Assembly: GCA_964016885.1 (NCBI GenBank)
Contig: OZ024750.1
Span: 43,772,001-43,836,000 of the forward strand
Source of the DNA: Eledone cirrhosa
Taxonomy: Eukaryota
DNA: 64,000 nt
Reading direction: 5' to 3'
Shown: positions 47,065 through 59,789 of the stretch, one piece after another
How the letters are laid out: every line of letters starts with the position of its first letter
Position numbering within the stretch: position 1 is the first letter of the stretch
The notes under the pieces: generated by a model
Told to the model about the DNA's origin: nothing
Seen by the model: only the letters and a program-made list of their open reading frames with translations
Databases searched by the model: none
Translations under genes and position numbers: made by a program

Positions 47065-47257
47065 ATAATATATATACATATGTTATTCAACATACCTAAA
47101 TATATATATATATATAAACATATAAATATATATATATAAACATATAAATATATATATATATATAAACATATATATAAACATATAAATATATATAAACATA
47201 TAAATATATATACATACATATTCATATATATATCATTTTTATATATAAATGTGTGTA

Positions 47258-47295
<38 letters not shown>

Positions 47296-47713
47296 ACATA
47301 CAAATGTTGATATATTCATAAGAAACAACGATAAAATCTAATTAACAGGTAATTTTCGTAAAACAATATTATTTTATCAAGTTTTGTTTTTAAATAAATT
47401 TTCATGTCATGTTTGTGACATCACATCCAGCAACTCTATTGAAGGTGTAAGGTTGTATGTATGCTGGCAATCACCTTAATTGCTTTCTCACAATATACAA
47501 CAAAGTTGTATACTAAATTTGATTAGGTATTTTGTTATTGCATACAATATTGTTTATGTGGTTGTTGTTGCTGTTGTTGATGTTGTTGATGTTGTTGTTG
47601 AATTTGAGTTTTGGAAATAATAAAAAAAAAGTTCACTCACGTCAGAGGTTAGGGTTAGGTTTTGATATTTAATTAGCTATGTGAGTTTATATGTATGTAG
47701 ATTGGTATAACTA

Positions 47714-47751
<38 letters not shown>

Positions 47752-48301
47752 TATGTGTGTGTGTGTGAGTGTGTGTGTGTGTATAGGTATATGTAAGTTT
47801 ATATGTATGTAGATTGGTATAACTGTGTGTGTGTGTATAGGTATATATAAGTTTATATGTATGTAGATTGGTATAACTGTGTGTGTGTGTGTGTGTGTGT
47901 ATAGGTATATATAAGTTTATATGTATGTAGATTGGTATAACAGTGTGTGTATGTATATAGGTATATGTGTATGTATATAGGTATATAGGTATAATTGTGT
48001 ATGTATGTATGTATGTATATAGGTATAACAATGTGTGTGTTGTGTGTGTGTAGCTATATGTGAATGTGTATGTGTATGTATGTGTGTATGTATGTAGGTA
48101 TATGTGCATGTGCATGTATATAGGTATATAGGTATACTTGTGTGTGTGTGTGTATATAGGTATAACTGTGTATGTGTATGTATATAGGTATACTTGTGAG
48201 TGTATGTGTGTATGTATATATATGTGTGTGTGTGTATATATTTGTATGTATACAGGTATAATTGTGTGTATGTGTGTGTATATGTATGTATGAATATATG
48301 T

Positions 48302-48333
<32 letters not shown>

Positions 48334-48629
48334 GTGTGTCTGTATCTATGTATTTATGTATATATATATAGGTATAATTGTGTGTGTGTACGTATGTATG
48401 TAGGTATAATTATGTATGTATGTAAGTATAACTATGTATGTATATATGGAGGATGGATGGACGGATAGATGTTTGTGTGTATGTAGGTATTTGTATATGT
48501 AGGTATATGTATGTATATATGTATGTATATATGTATAATTGCGTGTGTATGTATGTGTATGTATATATGGATAGTTATGTGTATGTAAATAGATATGAAT
48601 GAATATTGGTATATTCGTGAATCTTTACC

Positions 48630-48660
<31 letters not shown>
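46895..48660. repeat. TA/TG low-complexity tracts
   Basis: Direct inspection. Confidence 0.85.
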
Positions 48661-48811
48661 GTTTAACCCCGACGGCAGAGCTCAAGCCGCCGAAACGACT
48701 TGAGCTCTGCCGTCGGGGTTAAACTTTTCCTATTACCCACTCTATTACCCTAAGTATTGAGTACTCTGGTGCGTTATGGTCCATCTGGTTCCTTACCACA
48801 CTTCTTTCGTT
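48661..48811 (+). mobile_element. Family B fold-back copy
   Basis: 48661-48689 inverted vs 48696-48724; tail ends at TA. Confidence 0.8.
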
Positions 48812-48826
48812 ATATATATATATACC

Positions 48827-48910
<84 letters not shown>

Positions 48911-49070
48911 CTTTTACATACAGAGGCCATTCTTGTTTCAAATCACATATATTAACTTTGTGTGTATGTGTCTACATAGATATGTCATTATTCGTGTATA
49001 TATATATATCTATATCTATATAAATAATAATATATAAAATCAACGGACGTAAAATGATGATGATGATGAT

Positions 49071-49104
<34 letters not shown>

Positions 49105-49109
<5 letters not shown>

Positions 49110-49529
49110 AGATCAAAAGATGGTTAAAAGAGTTCCATGTATTTTATTATGCGCATTTCAAAAACAAATATCATCATGCAATAACATTTGCGTTTTCGTC
49201 AGATAAAATAGGGAGATATGATATGAAGGTTAAAAAACACTTGTGTATAGTGCAGTTTTAAATCAACATATCTGCACTATCAACAAACTGCACTATTCAC
49301 AAGTGTGTTTTAACCTTCATATGTCTCCCTATTTTATCTGACGAAAACGCAAATGTTATTGCATGATGATATTTGTTTTTGAAATGCGCATAATAAAATA
49401 CATGGAACTCTTTTAACCATCTTTTGATCTTATATATTATTATTTATACTCCAGTGCTACAAACTGTAGAGTGCTATTTATCCGATATCTGCATTGCTTT
49501 ATTGTACTACAATAAAACTCACCTCCTAC
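49105..49529 (+). mobile_element. Family A fold-back copy with extra ~90-bp 3' tail
   Basis: 49105-49258 inverted vs ~49286-49436; tail contains AATAAA. Confidence 0.82.
49330..49400 (+). ncRNA. Predicted type I hammerhead ribozyme (mirror copy on minus strand 49140-49210)
   Basis: 8-bp stem I TATTTTAT/ATAAAATA; CTGACGA 49338-49344; GAAA 49381-49384; TGCGCA; TA. Confidence 0.75.
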
Positions 49530-49537
49530 ATACATAC

Positions 49538-49601
<64 letters not shown>

Positions 49602-49668
49602 GTTCATTCTACTTTTAAATTGAGGCTTGTTTGCATAATTGCAAACGAATCGAATGTTATTATCAATA

Positions 49669-49845
49669 TTGGCAGAATCGGTAGAGGGTCGGACATGCTT
49701 TTCAGCATAGTTACGTTCCTTTACGATCTGAGTTCCAATCTCGCCGAGATTACTCTTGCCTTTCCTCCATACGGCGTCGATAAAATAAAGTACCAGTAAT
49801 ACACTGGGATAATTGCTGGCCTTGTGCCAAAAGTAGAAACAATTA
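49669..49845 (+). mobile_element. SINE family E copy
   Basis: Matches family consensus. Confidence 0.85.
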
Positions 49846-50052
49846 TTAATATTCGAAAAACTCAGATTACATTTATTGTATTCAACCCTGTAGAGTGAAA
49901 TTTTTTTTTTTATACGTAAATATTTCAACATATTTAAAACATATATAATTATGTCTATCAATCTCCCTATCTCCCCCCCTCTCTCTCTCTATATATATAT
50001 ATATATTTATATATATATACACACATTAATATATATATACACACACACATAC

Positions 50053-50096
<44 letters not shown>

Positions 50097-50410
50097 ATCT
50101 ATCTATCTACGTATCTATCTCTCTCCGCACACACACACACACACACACGCACACATATATATATATATTTATATATGTGTGTGTGTGTGTGTATGTGCGT
50201 ATGTGCGTGTGTGTGTGTGTGTGTGTGTATGTGCGTATGTGTGTACTATTCGTGCGTAAATTTCTATGAGACTCTCTGCCAGTACATATTGAGAAATTTC
50301 GTGTTTTACTCGAAGAAGCTATCTAAACATACAACCACCCGCATACTCACATATATACATACACACATACCTATACACATATATATATATACACACAGAC
50401 ATATACATAG

Positions 50411-50474
<64 letters not shown>

Positions 50475-51037
50475 GTATATATATATATGTATATGTATAT
50501 ATATATGTATATATATACACACATATACATACGTGTATATATGTATATATTTAGATAGATAGTTAATATAATAAACTGTAGCAGCAAACATAAAACAAGT
50601 TTGCAATTATTCTCAATTCGATTGTTAACAGACAATAAAGGTATTGAACTGTCTAATATTTGAGTTTTCAACATTAAACTAAATAGATTATTTTGCGTAC
50701 GTAATGACAAATAAATAAATATAATTTTGTCAGAAATTGTGTGAGTGGAAGTGCTTTTTCACTTGTACAATTACAATTATCTTCATTATATATATATATA
50801 TGTATATAAAATCATACATACATATACAGATATATACATATATATGTATATATTTTTATATCGCTATACAGACACACATTATATATATATATATATATAT
50901 TCTTTGAGGTTTTTGTTAGAAAAGAAAATTTCAATATTCTGATGTCTACATTTCACAGACATACATCACCTATTTAGGTATAAGGTATCTGTGAGAAAAC
51001 CCACATACCGCTTATACAGACACGTATATATATATAT

Positions 51038-51132
<95 letters not shown>

Positions 51133-52074
51133 AACATGCACATACTCATAATTACCCACATATATATATATATATACACACATATATACATATATATATA
51201 GTTATATACATAAGCGTATTCATAATCACCCATACACATATATATATACATACAGATATATATATATATATATATATATACATAACCGTATTCATAATCA
51301 CCCACACACATATATATATACATACATACATATATATATATATATTTATATACAAAACCATATTAATAATTACACACACACACACACACATGTATATATT
51401 TTTATATAAACATACATATACACATACGTGAGATGTATATATAATTATGTACACACTAACCATATATGTCGAAGTAAATTTTGTAAGAGACTAGAAAAAA
51501 TATAATTAAATTATTAAATGTTAGAATTATGAGAAGCAATTAGGTGGAAACTCCATCTCCGTGGTTTCTTTTCCAATTGTCATTTCTTTAAAATTTACTT
51601 CTATAGAGAAAACCACAATCCATTAAAATTGTATGTCTGTCAAATCCGTTGAAATTACTGAATTGTGGACTTGTATAGACACAAAATGGTCTCCGATGTG
51701 AGGTAGTTCTGTGACCCATACAATGCTCAAACAGTTAGTTTTATAGAGAAGAGCATAGCATCTAGTAAACTTTTAAGTCCGTCAAACCCGGTAAAGTTAC
51801 TGATGTTCAGTTTAAACAGTTGTGTTGTACCATGTCGGCTAGAAAACATTTAGTATAAAATGTAGCGTATATATAAATAAATAGTGGTGAATTGGCAGAG
51901 ATGTTGGGATGTCTGGTTAAACATAGCTCTGGGTTTGTTTCGACTCACAGCACTCTGGGTTCAAATCTTGCGACGGTCAACTTTACATCCGTCCTAGTTC
52001 AATAAGGAAAGAACTAGTTCAGTACTGTAGTCGATTCACTCTCTTTCCATCAGAAGTCAAGAGCCCTTTATGGT

Positions 52075-52143
<69 letters not shown>

Positions 52144-52532
52144 GTGGGGTCAGCAATAGTCAGTCCTTGTATTAACATTGAACTAAATCCTGTTGAGAAA
52201 GTGGCTTCCTTGTTCAATCATCTTACCAGAAGCCTAACATTATTTATGTAAGCGGACAGTACTTGATTTAGGAGCCGCAGAAACCCAAATACTGGATTTT
52301 ACCAACCTTCCAGGGGTCCCGGTAAATTTCCAATCACAGATATTTTTTATTTGTTTGACCCGAATTACTTGATCGTTTTTTTTGGCTATGCGAATGATTG
52401 TCTCAGCGTGTTTGGCCTTTAACGTTTGTTATAGCTCTGGTTCATCTGAATCATTGAGCACTTGCCACACATTTCGGAGGTTGTTTTTCGTTATTTCGTG
52501 GGTCGTAATGCGATTCTCGATAATTTATGTTT

Positions 52533-52603
<71 letters not shown>

Positions 52604-52700
52604 GTATTATTTGTGGTATAAACACGTTGAGAGTTGGTGAAACAAATCATTGCCAATACTGGAATTGAATAATCAAAACTGTAGCGGTATGTCGCATATC

Positions 52701-52778
52701 AAATCTTATATTTTGTCTGATGAAAACGTACTTAAACACCATTGTACCTTTGAAATATGTATAATAAAATATAGATTT
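52701..52778 (+). ncRNA. Diverged hammerhead motif related to family A
   Basis: AAATCTTATATTTTGT CTGATGA aaacgtac...gtaccttt GAAA TATGTA TA ATAAAATATAGATTT. Confidence 0.55.
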
Positions 52779-52844
52779 TGATTATGAGAATATTTTTCAT
52801 TTATTAACATTTTGAATAATATAATATATATATATATATATATA

Positions 52845-53170
52845 CAAGTTAATATAAATTAATATATGATAAACACCTAAGTGTTTGTATTGTAAAAGAC
52901 AAAAGTTAGCTAGAATGAAACAAACTAATTCAAATTAATATAGCCTGCCTGTATCGATTTAAAAAATAATAAATCAATATACACAAACTTATATTGGCAA
53001 ATAGCCGTGGCTATTTGCCAATATAAGTTTGTGTATATTGATTTATTATTTTTTAAATCGATACAGGCAGGCTATATTAATTTGAATTAGTTTGTTTCAT
53101 TCTAGCTAACTTTTGTCTTTTACAATACAAACACTTAGGTGTTTATCATATATTAATTTATATTAACTTG
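52845..53170. repeat. 326-bp palindrome (162-bp arms, 2-nt spacer), family D fold-back
   Basis: Centre AGCC-gt-GGCT at 53003-53012; arms match along their length. Confidence 0.93.
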
Positions 53171-53357
53171 GGCAGAGGATTGGCAGTACCAGTAGAGGGT
53201 CGGACGCCATGCTTTGACGCATAGAGTTACGGTCCTTGCCATTCTGAGTTCAAATCCCGCCGAGGTTAACTTTGCCTTTCATCCTTTCGGGGTCGATAAA
53301 ATAAAGTACCAGTAATACACTGGGTTAATTGCTGGCCTTGTGCCAAAAGTAGAAACA
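53171..53357 (+). mobile_element. SINE family E with 19-bp target-site duplication
   Basis: ATTAATTTATATTAACTTG at 53152-53170 and 53358-53376; A box TGGCAGTA, B box GAGTTCAAATCC. Confidence 0.92.
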
Positions 53358-53444
53358 ATTAATTTATATTAACTTGTATTACACGGCTCGGAAATGCTTC
53401 TTTCTTTAATTAATTGTAAATGACTCTTTGAGTGTATACTCTAA

Positions 53445-53495
<51 letters not shown>

Positions 53496-53892
53496 GACTT
53501 CCACGGGACTAGCACTGTTTCATTCGAAGCAAATCATCAGGAAAGCCAAGTGTCATTGCTGTATGTTGGTGTTTGTATGTTTTCTGGTGGTTAAATTTTG
53601 CATATACTCTACTAATGTATTGAGTACCTTACTTACAGCAGTTAGCCCTGATTGAACCCAGGAGCCACTATCATAGTAGGGGCGGGAAAAAGCAAATAGC
53701 CGGTTAGTTTGTTTCGTTTAAACTCTGTAGCTATAGTACAATATAAGAATACTCCACTGTTATTTCTAGCAAGCTGGTGACCATATATAACTACATTGCT
53801 GGCTCTCATCAGTCGTTCCCGAAGGTAGAGAAATGAATTCTCATATGAGAGTTAGTAGTTATAAAAGGATGATGATTTAATCTTTGATTAAT

Positions 53893-54080
53893 TGTTTCTA
53901 CTTTTGGCCCAAGGCCAGCAAATACCCAGTACATTACTGGTACTTTATTTTATCGACCCCGTAAGGATGAGAGGCAAATTTAACCTCGACGGGATTTGAA
54001 CTCAGAATAGCAAGGGCCGTAACTCTATGTGTCAAAGCATGGCGTCCGACCCTCTACCGATACTGCCAAACCACCGCCCT
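53893..54080 (-). mobile_element. SINE family E copy
   Basis: Consensus match; flanking direct repeat AATCTTT(G/A)ATTAAT. Confidence 0.88.
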
Positions 54081-54562
54081 ATCAATCTTTAATTAATGGC
54101 CGAGAAGAGTAGTTTACGAACATTTTCTATATATCAGTAACATATCTGTTTAGTACTGTAATGTAACAGCTTTCACAATTGTTTTGTAACAAACGACTGT
54201 ATACAGTAGGGGCGGATTTGGCCAACCGCATATGTGGCTGTTTCTGTGGCAATGTATTCTCCATCCTCTCGGCCGGGACCCAGTGGTGGAGGGCAAGTTA
54301 GTTAGAGGTGGAAGATACTCGTTCGGACGTCACTTCAATAACTAAAATATATTTACTAAATCCAACCAAATTCTTCTTTTAACTTTTATATCATTTTATT
54401 GGCTTCATCCACCAGACTGCTTTCTGGGGTCTATAGTAAAAAATATCGGCCCCAGTAGATATTGTTCTAAATATCTACTGTGAAATTTATTGTTGAACCT
54501 CCAAGTTACGAGACATAACCCCCCCCCCCCCCAGCAAAGCAAGCAAGCAAGCGCTTACACTT

Positions 54563-54593
<31 letters not shown>

Positions 54594-55326
54594 AAATGCA
54601 AGTCTGAAGAACTATTAGATAAGATATATACAATATTTCTTCTCTCTCATTCCGTTCAAATTAACCACATAAAAAATCATTTAAACGAGGCTATAAGTTT
54701 AAAATGTAATTATGAAGAAACAATAGACAAATGATACAGATTATCTTCCGCGATGCACAGTCATATGACATTTATTTAATTACTTCGTTTAGCCTGTAGA
54801 AATTGACTAGACAGATAATTAACTACAAGGAGTTAGGTACAAAATAGAAGTTTGAACAAAAAATGCATATAAACTTTATCAACATTCTTCTAGTCCCGAA
54901 CATTGATGGCTTCGTTCCACTTTTGGATATATATACGTAAACATTCATATTTATGTATACATACACACAGCAGGCTTTTTCTTTGAACTGTATGCTTCCA
55001 TGTTTAGCTACTTATCCCGGATCATCAGAACTTTGCTGGTAATTTCACCCTAGACCACAAAGAATCGAAACACAAACCATATGCCAACTCGTTCAAAGTC
55101 CCAAAACTTCGGACAATCCACGGCCCTCAACTGTAAAGTTATTGACTGCAGACTTGAAACTAATGCCACTAGTTATTTCATCTCATGTTCTAACAGAGGT
55201 TCGCAAAGTGGGTACTACCGCCGGTGGGGGATTTGAGAAGGTCCAGAGGGCACTGGGCCCTAAGGGAGCGATGGGGTAAGAGATGATATAATTGTATATT
55301 AAATATTAAATGATACATATTATATA

Positions 55327-55476
55327 CTAGCAGAATAGCCCGGCTTTGCTCGGAATTTGCTCTAGGGTTCTTATATATTTGATATATATTTATCCTTATC
55401 GAGCCTCGTGAAATAAATACGTTTGTTTATATTTTGTTATTGTGTATGCAAAAATATCTGTACACGAATATATGAT

Positions 55477-55510
<34 letters not shown>

Positions 55511-56050
55511 TTACAATAACAGATTAAAATTTAAGCAAAGAATCGCTGCTTTCACCCTTAACGGGATCTTCTGAAACTAAAAAAAATCAATCTGTCAACG
55601 CAGAAGTAAATATTTCGAAAAACGTTATACACTATATATATATATACACACACACTATATATACACACACACACACACACATATAGCGTCATAATGTCGT
55701 AATGGAGACAGCCAGACATACAGACAGATATTATAAGGGCGCAATAAAGTACCAGTAATGTACTGGGTAATTACTGGCCTTGTGCCCAAAAGTAGAAACA
55801 ATTATCAGGGCGCAACGTTTTATCTATGTATCTATCTAAAAAGAAAGAGTAAGAATTATAGAGAGAGAGATCGCTAAATCGCCCAATGAGGTCCCTAGGG
55901 CATTGAACATTTGAAAATGTTTTTGCTCAAAACTCACAGGACTATAAGTATTTCATGTGCAAAGTTTAAAAACAATCGGTTGGGTGGTTCTCGAGTTTTA
56001 GGGAGTCAGTCAGACAGACAGACATACATTCTCTGTTTTAGATATATAGA
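55327..56050 (-). mobile_element. Non-autonomous Helitron-like element (second family) with nested SINE tail
   Basis: Minus strand starts TCTATATATC and ends with hairpin ccgagcaaagccggg + CTAG; internal GACA repeats; SINE E tail at 55744-55803. Confidence 0.7.
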
Positions 56051-56093
56051 TAAATGTAGTAAAATAAAAAAATATATATTTATTTATATATAG

Positions 56094-56338
56094 TTATTTC
56101 ACATTCCTCCAGTTTACTCAGCTGTAGAAATGAGATGATAGGGACTGGGGTCCCTATCAAACCACTGCAAAGTGGTCGTGGAGGTGCCACGGCAAAAAAG
56201 CACCCAGCACTCACTGTAAATGAGGTTGGTGTTAGGAAGGGCATCCAGCTGTAGAAATCAAGCCAAAATCAGTTCCCGTCCCACCCTTGCAAGCAGGGAA
56301 AAGTGGACGTAAAATGAAATGATGATGATGATGATGAT
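56094..56338 (+). mobile_element. SINE with RTE-like 3' part and (GAT)n tail
   Basis: gttaggaagggcatccagc.gtagaaa ... ggacgtaaaatg + (GAT)n; same tail at ~49042-49070. Confidence 0.6.
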
Positions 56339-56340
56339 AG

Positions 56341-57575
56341 TATCTATCTATCTAGGGCGGGTAAAATTCCCGAGATCCATGGACGAGTTCCCGGTCTCTG
56401 TCCCTCATTATTGCTGCCATATCCTGCGTCTCCAACAGACCAGTGTCTGCCCTTAGGACATCAACATACGTTAACCTTGGTCTTCCTCTTCTAGTGTATC
56501 TATGTAGTGGCTCCCACAGGAGCATTGAGTGAAGTGTCAACTCTGGATGTCGGTGAGCATATCCAGCTAACCTCAATCTCCTTTGTGTCACTTTTGAGCT
56601 GACTTTTGGGAGGCTCCCATACAGCTCTGAGATTTTCATCCTCAGTGTATACTGATTAATATTCAGAGCCATCCTCAAAATTCTCGTGTAGCACCCATCC
56701 GCCATCTGAGTGAGTTTCTTGGTCTGTGTCCAAGTCTCAGACCCGCACTACAGCAATGAAGAGGCGGATTTTCAGGTCTTTACGAAGGTCCGACTTCCAC
56801 ATCGATCTCAAGCTGTGGCACGCCGCATAGGCTTTGTTCTCCTCCTCAACCACATCATCTTCCGTATTCCCAATCTTTGCTCCCAAATACAGGAAGTCCC
56901 CAACCAATTCTAGCGGTTTCCCGCCTACATTTGTAATCCCCTCTGGCTTCTCAACATTCTCTACCAGAAATTTTGTTTTAGTCTCAGCCCCACACTCATC
57001 GACACAGTCTCAACCCCCTGCATCAAATCCTCTGCCTCCTTCACTGTATGTCACCAAAACTATGTCGTCGGCAAATTCAGCATCCGATATCTTTTTCGCC
57101 TTAACTCTCCTGCTCTGAGCCGGTGCTACAGTAAAGCCAGAGTCCTGGTGTTTCTCCAGTGCAAGGCGCATACAATAGTCCACTACGATGATAAAAAGGT
57201 AGGGAGCAAATGTATCTCCCTGGAGCACTCCAGCCAGTATCTCAAAGAACTCTGTCATCCCATCAGGTGTAATGACTTGGGCTTTGGTGTTGGTGTAGAG
57301 CAGTGATATCAGGTCCACTATCTTCTTGGAGATTCCATAAGCCTGTAAGATCTTCATCAGGCAGTGACGGTCCACAGAATCAAAGGCCTTCCTAAAGTCA
57401 ATGAAAACCATGACCGCAGGTATGACATTAAACTACATCCAGTGGCAAGGCTCCAGTTCGGGAGTTCAGGAGCTGTGGGGAATGTGGAGTTACCCCTTAG
57501 TTGTCATAACTCCCAGGTCTGCTCTGGCTCAGAGTAGTAGTACATGTTAGGGCCCCATTTATGGGTTAAATAACT
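56341..57575 (-). mobile_element. RTE-type LINE remnant: RT/C-terminus joined to a probable 5' UTR
   Basis: FIDFRKAFDSV, GVLQGDTFAPYLF, FADD; (TAGA)n tail; non-coding 57421-57575 abuts the RT. Confidence 0.85.
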
Positions 57576-57690
57576 ACCTTATTCGAGTGGCGCCGGTAAG
57601 GTATTGTCATCCATTGAAAAGAAATATGGAGAGTCATACACAGTATATATTATATTATTTATTATATAAATATATTATTTATTATATAAA

Positions 57691-58169
57691 CTAGCAGAAA
57701 AACCACCCTTCGGGTGGTTTACTGCTAGCATGTGTAGTGTGTATATTGATATTATACGCAAGTATATATACATGTAGATATGATCAAATAAAATCGTAAT
57801 TGACAATATACACAGAAATTGTACGAAGACTGTGTTACACTGTCTTATGTAATCAGTAACGTAATCCATGATACATTAAAAAAAGACGATATTATATATA
57901 AACTGCATTGGGAGAAAATTAGTGACAGAAATATATGAATTTTTATTTAAACGATCACTAACCGGAAGTGTTGACATTTGAAAATGTTAAAGAAATGTAT
58001 CTTTAAATAAGTAATAAAATATATTTAATGAACAGCCACGAAATTTAGTAGCTGAATTATGTAATATTCCTTCATTATTTATTCAAAGTAATCGAACTTA
58101 TTTTACTAAGGGGATAAAAAATTATAAACCGTACGCAGTCTCGCGCTTCTTACTTTATTATAGTTTAGA
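57691..58169 (-). mobile_element. Non-autonomous Helitron-like element, same family as 25925-26482
   Basis: CTAG end with hairpin aaaccacc-cttc-gggtggttt; internal homology. Confidence 0.7.
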
Positions 58170-58359
58170 TTAACGATTTTATTTATTATTTTTAATTTAC
58201 AATTTGATATGAAATCCTATGTTGAAACTTAACCATTCCCCCAGTTCTACATCCCTAAAGAAACTATAAATATGACCTACTCTAGTATGTATATATATTT
58301 ATGTATAGGGCGAATAGAGGTAGTCTTACAATAAACATAGTTACCGCTTTAACACGGCT

Positions 58360-58865
58360 GGCGTTGTTAGAGTCTACATAGATACTTCTATTACCATGGT
58401 TACCAACGTTAGAATCTACAGACATGACTCATTAATATGGTTACCGTCGTTACAATCAACATAGATACCGTATTGCTATGGTTATAGTCGTTAGAATCTA
58501 CATAGACACCAGAGTTACTAGGGTTACAGTCGTTAGAATCTCCATAGATACCACAATTACTATGGTTACAATCGTTAGAATCTACATAGACACCAGAGTT
58601 ACTAGGGTTACAGTCGTTAGAATCTCAATAGATACCAAAATTAGTATGGTTACCCTCGTTAAAATCTACATAGATACCAAAGTTACTATGGTTACAGTCG
58701 TTAGAATCTCCATAGATACCAAAGTTACTATGGTTACACTCGTTCGAATCTACATACATACCACAATTTCTATGGTTACACTCGTTATAATCTACATAAA
58801 TAATTAATTACCATGGTAACAGTTATCACAATACACTTAGATAGGTTATTGTCATAGTTACACTA
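58360..58865. repeat. 42-bp minisatellite (~11 degenerate units)
   Basis: CATAGA recurs every 42 bp (58501, 58543 ...). Confidence 0.88.
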
Positions 58866-59089
58866 CACATAAGTTAGCAGAGACGGTAGAGTGTTGTGTA
58901 ACTTCCGTCTTGCCTCGCTCTGAGTTCAATTCCAGGTCGTCTTTACCATACACTATTCCTGGGATTGATTAAACAATGTACCCCTGTTGGGTGGTAGAAT
59001 GCTGTAAACCGTTGGACATGATACCTTCCGATCCCTGCATCGGTTCCTGGCACTCTAGGTTCAAATAAAGATCAAGGATTAATTCTTTA

Positions 59090-59581
59090 GTATTTATATT
59101 ACTATATATACTATTGTATTTTCACAGCAAAGGCTTTACCTCACATAATATCTCACATAATATCTCGCATAACATTTACATTACTCTATATATACTATTG
59201 TATTTTCACAGTAAAGTCTTTACCTCACATAATATCTCACACAACATTTACATTACTCTATATATACTATTGTATTTTCACAGTAAAGTCTTTACCTCAC
59301 ATAACATTTACATTACTCTATATATACTATTGTATTTTCACAGTAAAGTCTTTACCTCACATAACATTTACATTACTCTATATATACTATTGTATTTTCA
59401 CAGTAAAGGCTTTACCTCACATAATATCTCATATAATATTTACATTACTCTATATATACTATTGTATTTTCACAGTAAAGACTTTACTCACATAATATCT
59501 CACAACATTTACATTACTCTTTATATACTATTGTACTTTCACAGTAAAGACTTTACCTCACATAATATCTCACATAACATC
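59090..59581. repeat. 60-71-bp minisatellite (~7 units)
   Basis: acatttacattactctatatatactattgtattttcacagtaaag.ctttacctcacata with an optional 11-bp atatctcacat subrepeat. Confidence 0.9.
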
Positions 59582-59789
59582 TCGTATACGAGAGACGTGT
59601 GTTGACGTGTGTGAACAAGCTCAGCTACCGAGTCGGATTTACTTACTCAAAAGTGAGTTTTGATTAATTTTTTATACTGTAATATACGTTAACCCCTTGC
59701 CATGGTCGTCAAACTTTGAGTTTATTTATTTTCGCACCTTTTTGGGGCGAATTTTCCAGTTAAAAACTTATTACGGCAAACTAATAGAA

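Noticed and set aside
52141-55260. Possible DNA-transposon ends (cacgtggggtcagc at 52141, cagaggttcgcaaagtg at ~55194)
   Set aside because: No matching opposite TIR or TSD found
58478-59605. Repetitive ORFs of 109 and 163 aa
   Set aside because: By-products of 42- and 60-bp minisatellites with unit lengths divisible by three
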